Below are positions 57,704-64,000 of a DNA stretch of 64,000 bases, piece after piece. The stretch comes from Octopus vulgaris (lineage: Eukaryota), in contig OX597817.1 in the NCBI GenBank assembly GCA_951406725.2, positions 132,246,001 through 132,310,000 of the forward strand, read 5' to 3'. The notes beneath the pieces were generated by a model. It was given only the letters and a program-made list of their open reading frames with translations, was not told the origin of the DNA and did no database searches. Made by a program: the position numbers and the translations under genes. Numbering within the stretch: the stretch's first letter is position 1; every line of letters begins with the position of its first letter.

Positions 57704-57945
57704 AAGTATGTCAATGCGTTTTGTCTGTGTTTGTCTCCCATCACCGCTCGACAACCGGTGTTGGTGTGTTTAAATCCCTGCAGCTTAGATGTTCGATAAA
57801 AGAGAGACTGATAGAAGAGGTACCAAACTCTAAAGAAAAAATTTAGTGTACTGGGCTCGAGTCGTTCGAATAAGATCCTTCAAGGAAGCGGTCAGGCATG
57901 GCTGCAGCCTAATGACTGTAACGGGTAAAAGTTAAACGATAAAGA
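57240..57945 (+). mobile_element. Diverged SINE family B interrupted by an inverted CR1 segment (57341-57595)
   Basis: The head runs to ..CTATAGC at 57340 and resumes at GGTAAATGGAAACT (57596). The insert is the reverse complement of 55426-55675. Confidence 0.8.
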
Positions 57946-59509
57946 GCCGAAACGCCCAATGACACCACCCGGAAACATCATTATTGATGTGTTGAGGTGC
58001 ACCAGGGGACGGGATGGTTAGAAAAAAGTAAGGAAACTTTTTAACGGTACGTAATAAAGTGTGCTATATAAAAGACGATATTTTCCCCCCTTATTATCCA
58101 AGGGTAGTTATAAGGGTGGCCAATTGGTAAAGGGGTAGAATAAAGAATAAAGACGTAAAGAAATCTGGTCTGTTTTATGGATTCAAATCCAACCGGACTA
58201 GACATGTCTCTTCACCATCGACACACTGGTGCCGTGTTAATTAGCTCTAGCTCCCACATCATTACCATAATTGGCGGTGGGTTGAGTCCAAAGACATCAA
58301 AATATCTAAATCACTTAACTTAATGAAAGGTCACACTGACGGCGAAAATAGCCAAAGTTGGCTCAGATTTACTCTCTCTCTCTCTTCTCTTTCTCTCGCT
58401 CTCTCTCTCTCTCTCTTTTTCTCTTTCTCTTTCTCACTCATTCTATTGAATCCATCAGACGCCGCTTTAAAATGCTCTCTCGTCTTTCCTTGAGTACAGT
58501 TCTGTGGTATTTGTTCGCCTGTCTGTTTGTCTCTGTATGTTTCTCTCTCTGTGTTCCTCTCTGTCGCCCTCTGTCTCTATTTCTATTTGACTCTCTCTCA
58601 CTCTCGTCTTCTTCCCTTGAGTACAACTGCGTGTTATCTCTCCCCACTCTCCCCACTCTCGTTCTCTCTAATTTCTAAATGACTATTTTAGAGACGTCTG
58701 GACAACACTAACATTGTTTCTTTCTTTCTTTCTTTTTTGTTCTTTTCCTTCTCATGTTGTTAACATTTTCCGCTAAATGAAGCACAAAATAATAAAAATT
58801 AAATACAAAATTCATAAAACAAACACCGCAAAATATTTTAATATAAAAAAATTGCCTTCATTTATTAAATATTAAATATCAAAACATCACTTCCCCACCA
58901 CCACCGCCGCCGCCGCCGCCGTCACACTCTGCCACCACCTTCAACGCCACCTCCAGCATCGCCACCGTTCTCCTTTGCTTGTTCATTCACTTATGCGCCT
59001 ACATTCACAACATGCGAAGTCAGTGGAATCACGCATGTGCGCGCACACATAAATGCCACACGCGCATACATGCACACACGTATACAGATACGCACACAGA
59101 CAGACATGCATACACACACACACATACACGTGCATGAATAGACCAGAAAGGAAAATGATAAAAATGAGGATGATGATGAGGATGATGATGATGATGAAGA
59201 TGTTGATTTCTTCAATTATAATAAAAAATATAATAATTAGCCAAAACATGTAGTTAAAAAATAACAAAACAAAAAAGCCAGACCACATTACCACGTGCAA
59301 AGCGCGCATGCAAGCGCGCGCACACATACACACATACACACATACACATACACACACACACGCGCGCACACACACACACAGTCAGACGTGAAAGGACATC
59401 TGACTTAACAGTTTAGCAAATGGTGCCAGAAGATTTGGATTAGCAGAGGCCGTCTCGTCTAACTCTCGCTATTTCTCGCTTAGCGAATTGCACATAATAT
59501 ATAATTATA

Positions 59510-59700
59510 TCTTTTATCGTTTACCTTTTTTCAATCACTGGGCAGTGGGCCATCCTGGGGCATCGTCTTGAAGTACAGTAGGCGAACAAATCGACTCCAG
59601 TACATATTTTAAAATCTGGTGCTTAGTCTACCGGGGACACAAACAAAACAACATCGGTTGTCAAGCGGTGGTGGAAGGAGAAACACAAACACATAGAGTT
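59510..59700 (-). mobile_element. SINE family B tail remnant
   Basis: CAAATCGACTCCAG and CATCGGTTGTCAAGCGGTGGTGG match the family B tail. Confidence 0.6.
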
Positions 59701-60099
59701 ATGTACGCCCCCCCGCCCACACACACACATACACACATTTTTGATCGAATCTCCTGCGAGTTTACATGGCATCCCTTAGCGACAATGCAACCTTCAAGAG
59801 ACTAAGGTACCTTTGGCCTGATGAGCAGCTAATGAAGTACCTCACGTGGAGTAATTAATACTTCCGATGTTCTGCTAACTAGGAAACATACGTAGCTTAG
59901 ATTCTATCTATTTCATTCTCTAAATTTGGATATATGTGTGTGCGAGTGTGTGCGTGTAGAAATATGTATATTTATCAAATGTTATAGAACATAAGTTATT
60001 GTTTTCTTAAAATCATATGCGCCTGTAGAGGATGGCTCATAAAAGCAAAATAGAAATAAAGACTAGCTACGCTTGTAAAAGGGAGGTAATCTTAAAATA

Positions 60100-61045
<946 letters not shown>

Positions 61046-61657
61046 TACAAGACTCGTCCAAAGTGGAGATGCCACGGACCTCTTCCACCGAATGTCCGTC
61101 TACCAGATTCACTCAGAATATATTTGGTCGGGTTGGGGTCACCGTGGAAGACATTTGCCCAAAATGCCGCGAAGTAGGACTCAGCACGGAACCATGAAGA
61201 TGCAAGGCAAATATTTTAATCGTACAGTCCTACTTACGCTTAATCTTGCAGTGATGCCTGTGTCCTAATTGTATTTTTTTACAAATGAAATAATAATATT
61301 AAGGTCTCTAAGACGTTATTAACTCAGGCGTTGTCTAATGTTCAAGTTAAGAGCAGCCATTTTTTTCCCGTTGTCTGAACTGAGCTGAGTCAAGCGTGAC
61401 ATACAGAAGCTTCATTTGAACTATATATGCGTGAAAGATCTGTAAAAATATTCAGATACCAACAAAAAAAGCATAGTTTAAAAAGAGACAGAATTTGTTG
61501 GATGGAATATGGATATATTTGTTTTCATTTAGAAAATTCTTATCTTCGTTTTATTTTGTATGTTTTTTTGCATATTTACGATATATTTTATGTGCTTAAT
61601 GCCACCGAGTATTTCAGGCTCTGTTTTGCCTCTTTAAACTTTAACTCAAAAAATGCT

Positions 61658-61688
<31 letters not shown>

Positions 61689-63214
61689 TTGTGTGCGTGT
61701 ATGCCTCTGTATGTGTGTGTGTGTGTGTGTATGCCTCTCTGTGTGTATGTGTGTGTTTGTGTGTATGATGCATATATGTGTGTATGTACACACACACACA
61801 CACACACACATGTATGCGTGAGATATTAATGTGTGTGAACATGTAGAGTTCAGCATATAAAGACAAATGTCAACTGGTTGCTGTGTCAGATATACATGAA
61901 GCACAAAGAATACTTGGTTAACTTTGAATGAAGCCATGTGATGAATATGGAGTGAAAGTTTCGAACAAGTACCCGGAACTAAGTTACAATACTCTGTTGA
62001 GCATTGCATCGTTGCAAGGGCATTGAAAAGTATTAATGAAAGTCAGACGTGATAGTTAAGAAAAAGTTACGAAGCACTACCCTAGGAAATGGAATGCTTT
62101 GGAATGCAACTCCTTTGATCAAAGATTTGCATGACAACACAAATAATTCAAAGCATTGGTAGATAAGACTCTAATCAAAAATATTTGATTTGGGGAAACG
62201 TTTGTCGAATCACTTGTTATCGGTAATTACGAAATTGTTCACTAATTTCGGAAATATTTTGGGGTAAAATTATAACGTGAGTCAAACTATTGAAAAGGTT
62301 ACAAGACGCAACGAAAATTTTAGAAAAATAAAGAAGGAAATGACTGGAAATTTTACCGGAGAGTGTGTTAAATTATAAGGCACTAAAAGGCACTCTCCCC
62401 AGACACAACAGAATATGCTTCAACACACGAACTCATATAAAGAACCTTGCAAACCAAATCCAAAGCGAAATATAACGAAGAGTTTCTTGGTTTAAAAGCA
62501 TTAACTTGAATGGAAATCCCTAAAGCGTATTGACGATTTAATAATCGACAGGATTAAAATGAACATTTATCATTTCTTTTAATCGTTATACTTGATTGTA
62601 TTCTAAATAGATTTCTAATGACAATGTCAAGTAGTGTACTAAAAACGAATGGAAACTGAGATCCGGGTTCGTTTCTTGATTATAACCGTTTATAAAACTC
62701 AAGAAGCACGTAAATGCGACACATGCATTTTCTATACTGAAATTAGTAAAGCTAATAGAATCAACCTTACAATTACGATATGATAAAATGAATGACAATT
62801 TTTCTCTTCTGTATAATATAATACATTATAATATAATATCATATAATATTATATCATATAATATAATATAATATAATATAATATAATATAATATGATATA
62901 ATATATAAATGTTAATCACACTTCAGAAGACTTTGGTTATCTAATACTTAGCTCGTTTTCAAAACATTGTGGTTAAGTGATAAGATCTAGATTTTAAAAA
63001 ACCGACTATAACAGGGAAGACTTTCTGAGGAGTCACATGGAATTACGCTTACAGACTAAATATACAAAAAGAGCCAATGACGCAGTCACCATTCTCAAAC
63101 AACTTTGTAAGATTAGGATAAGGTCTTTTACTCTTTTTTAATATCGTACTGTATTTCTCTCTCTATTTGTTTCCCTTTCCGTCTCTCTTTCTCTCTCTCT
63201 ATCTCACTCATGCA

Positions 63215-63279
<65 letters not shown>

Positions 63280-63344
63280 TGTTCATATACATTCCACTGG
63301 CCAGTATTTCATACCACATACACACATGCACAAACATATATATA

Positions 63345-63402
<58 letters not shown>

Positions 63403-63851
63403 TGAATGCTTGCAAGCACCCACATATTATACATATACATGCCTGTGTATATCTGTGTGTGTATGCATGTGTGGATTTAATTCACAGAGTATGAACTGCA
63501 ATACAGGATATAATATATCTTTATTCCATGATCCAGTGCGATAATCTGTTAGTGGAATAGGTCTTTGGTCAGTATGATAACCGTTAATACAAACACACAA
63601 CCATCTTTATAGACTTTAAAAGCTCTTCGAACCCAAACTGTTCATAAAATCATGAAATATCTCATACCTATAATAATACTAGGGTCTCAGATTCAATTCT
63701 ACTGGAGGTTTCTTTATCAGGGAAAATGAAAAGGAAATATTTAATGCCTTACGCAGTAAGCGCGTACAATGTATTTCAACGTTATATTTTCTTTTATTAA
63801 CGACCTGTTGATAACATCTAATCGCTTTTTCGTTTCACTTCTGTTTCATAG

Positions 63852-63968
63852 GTACGAGCCGTATTCAAAAATGAAAGGAAGAAGAAAAATCTCGCCATGC
63901 ATGGCTATGATTATTCTGACGAACAATCTCTGGACTCTCTTGAATCATACAGCGCCATTTTAGAAAAG
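63852..63968 (+). CDS. Internal coding exon of an unidentified gene; VRAVFKNERKKKNLAMHGYDYSDEQSLDSLESYSAILEK
   Basis: Branch-like CTAAT at ~63818, a strong polypyrimidine tract, CATAG| acceptor (63850-63851), 117 nt open in phase 0-0 and AAG|gtaaaa donor. Confidence 0.7.
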
Positions 63969-64000
63969 GTAAAAGGCTTATCTTTTGAATCCATTCTATT

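Overview
Eukaryotic, AT-rich, extremely microsatellite-dense DNA ((TA)n, (CA)n, (TACA)n, (TATC)n, (GA)n, (TAA)n, (GAA)n). The SINE families and repeat landscape resemble an Octopus (coleoid cephalopod) genome; this is inference from recalled repeat types. Nearly all ORFs in the supplied track are microsatellite translation artefacts. The best protein-coding candidates are two short + strand exons at the window edges (1-56 and 63852-63968). They splice in frame, so the window may be largely one ~63.8 kb intron. The interior holds several tRNA-derived SINE families; decayed RTE, CR1, R4/Dong-type and other RLE-type LINE fragments; a Tigger remnant; MITEs; and Helentron-like elements. Most interesting is a set of short Penelope-like (PLE) terminal-repeat fragments, often embedded in (TA)n and arranged as inverted repeats. 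They carry minimal type I hammerhead-ribozyme motifs with palindromic stem III, and several have long stem-II inserts and a non-canonical pair at the base of stem II. All alignments and folds were done by eye; boundaries of decayed repeats are approximate.
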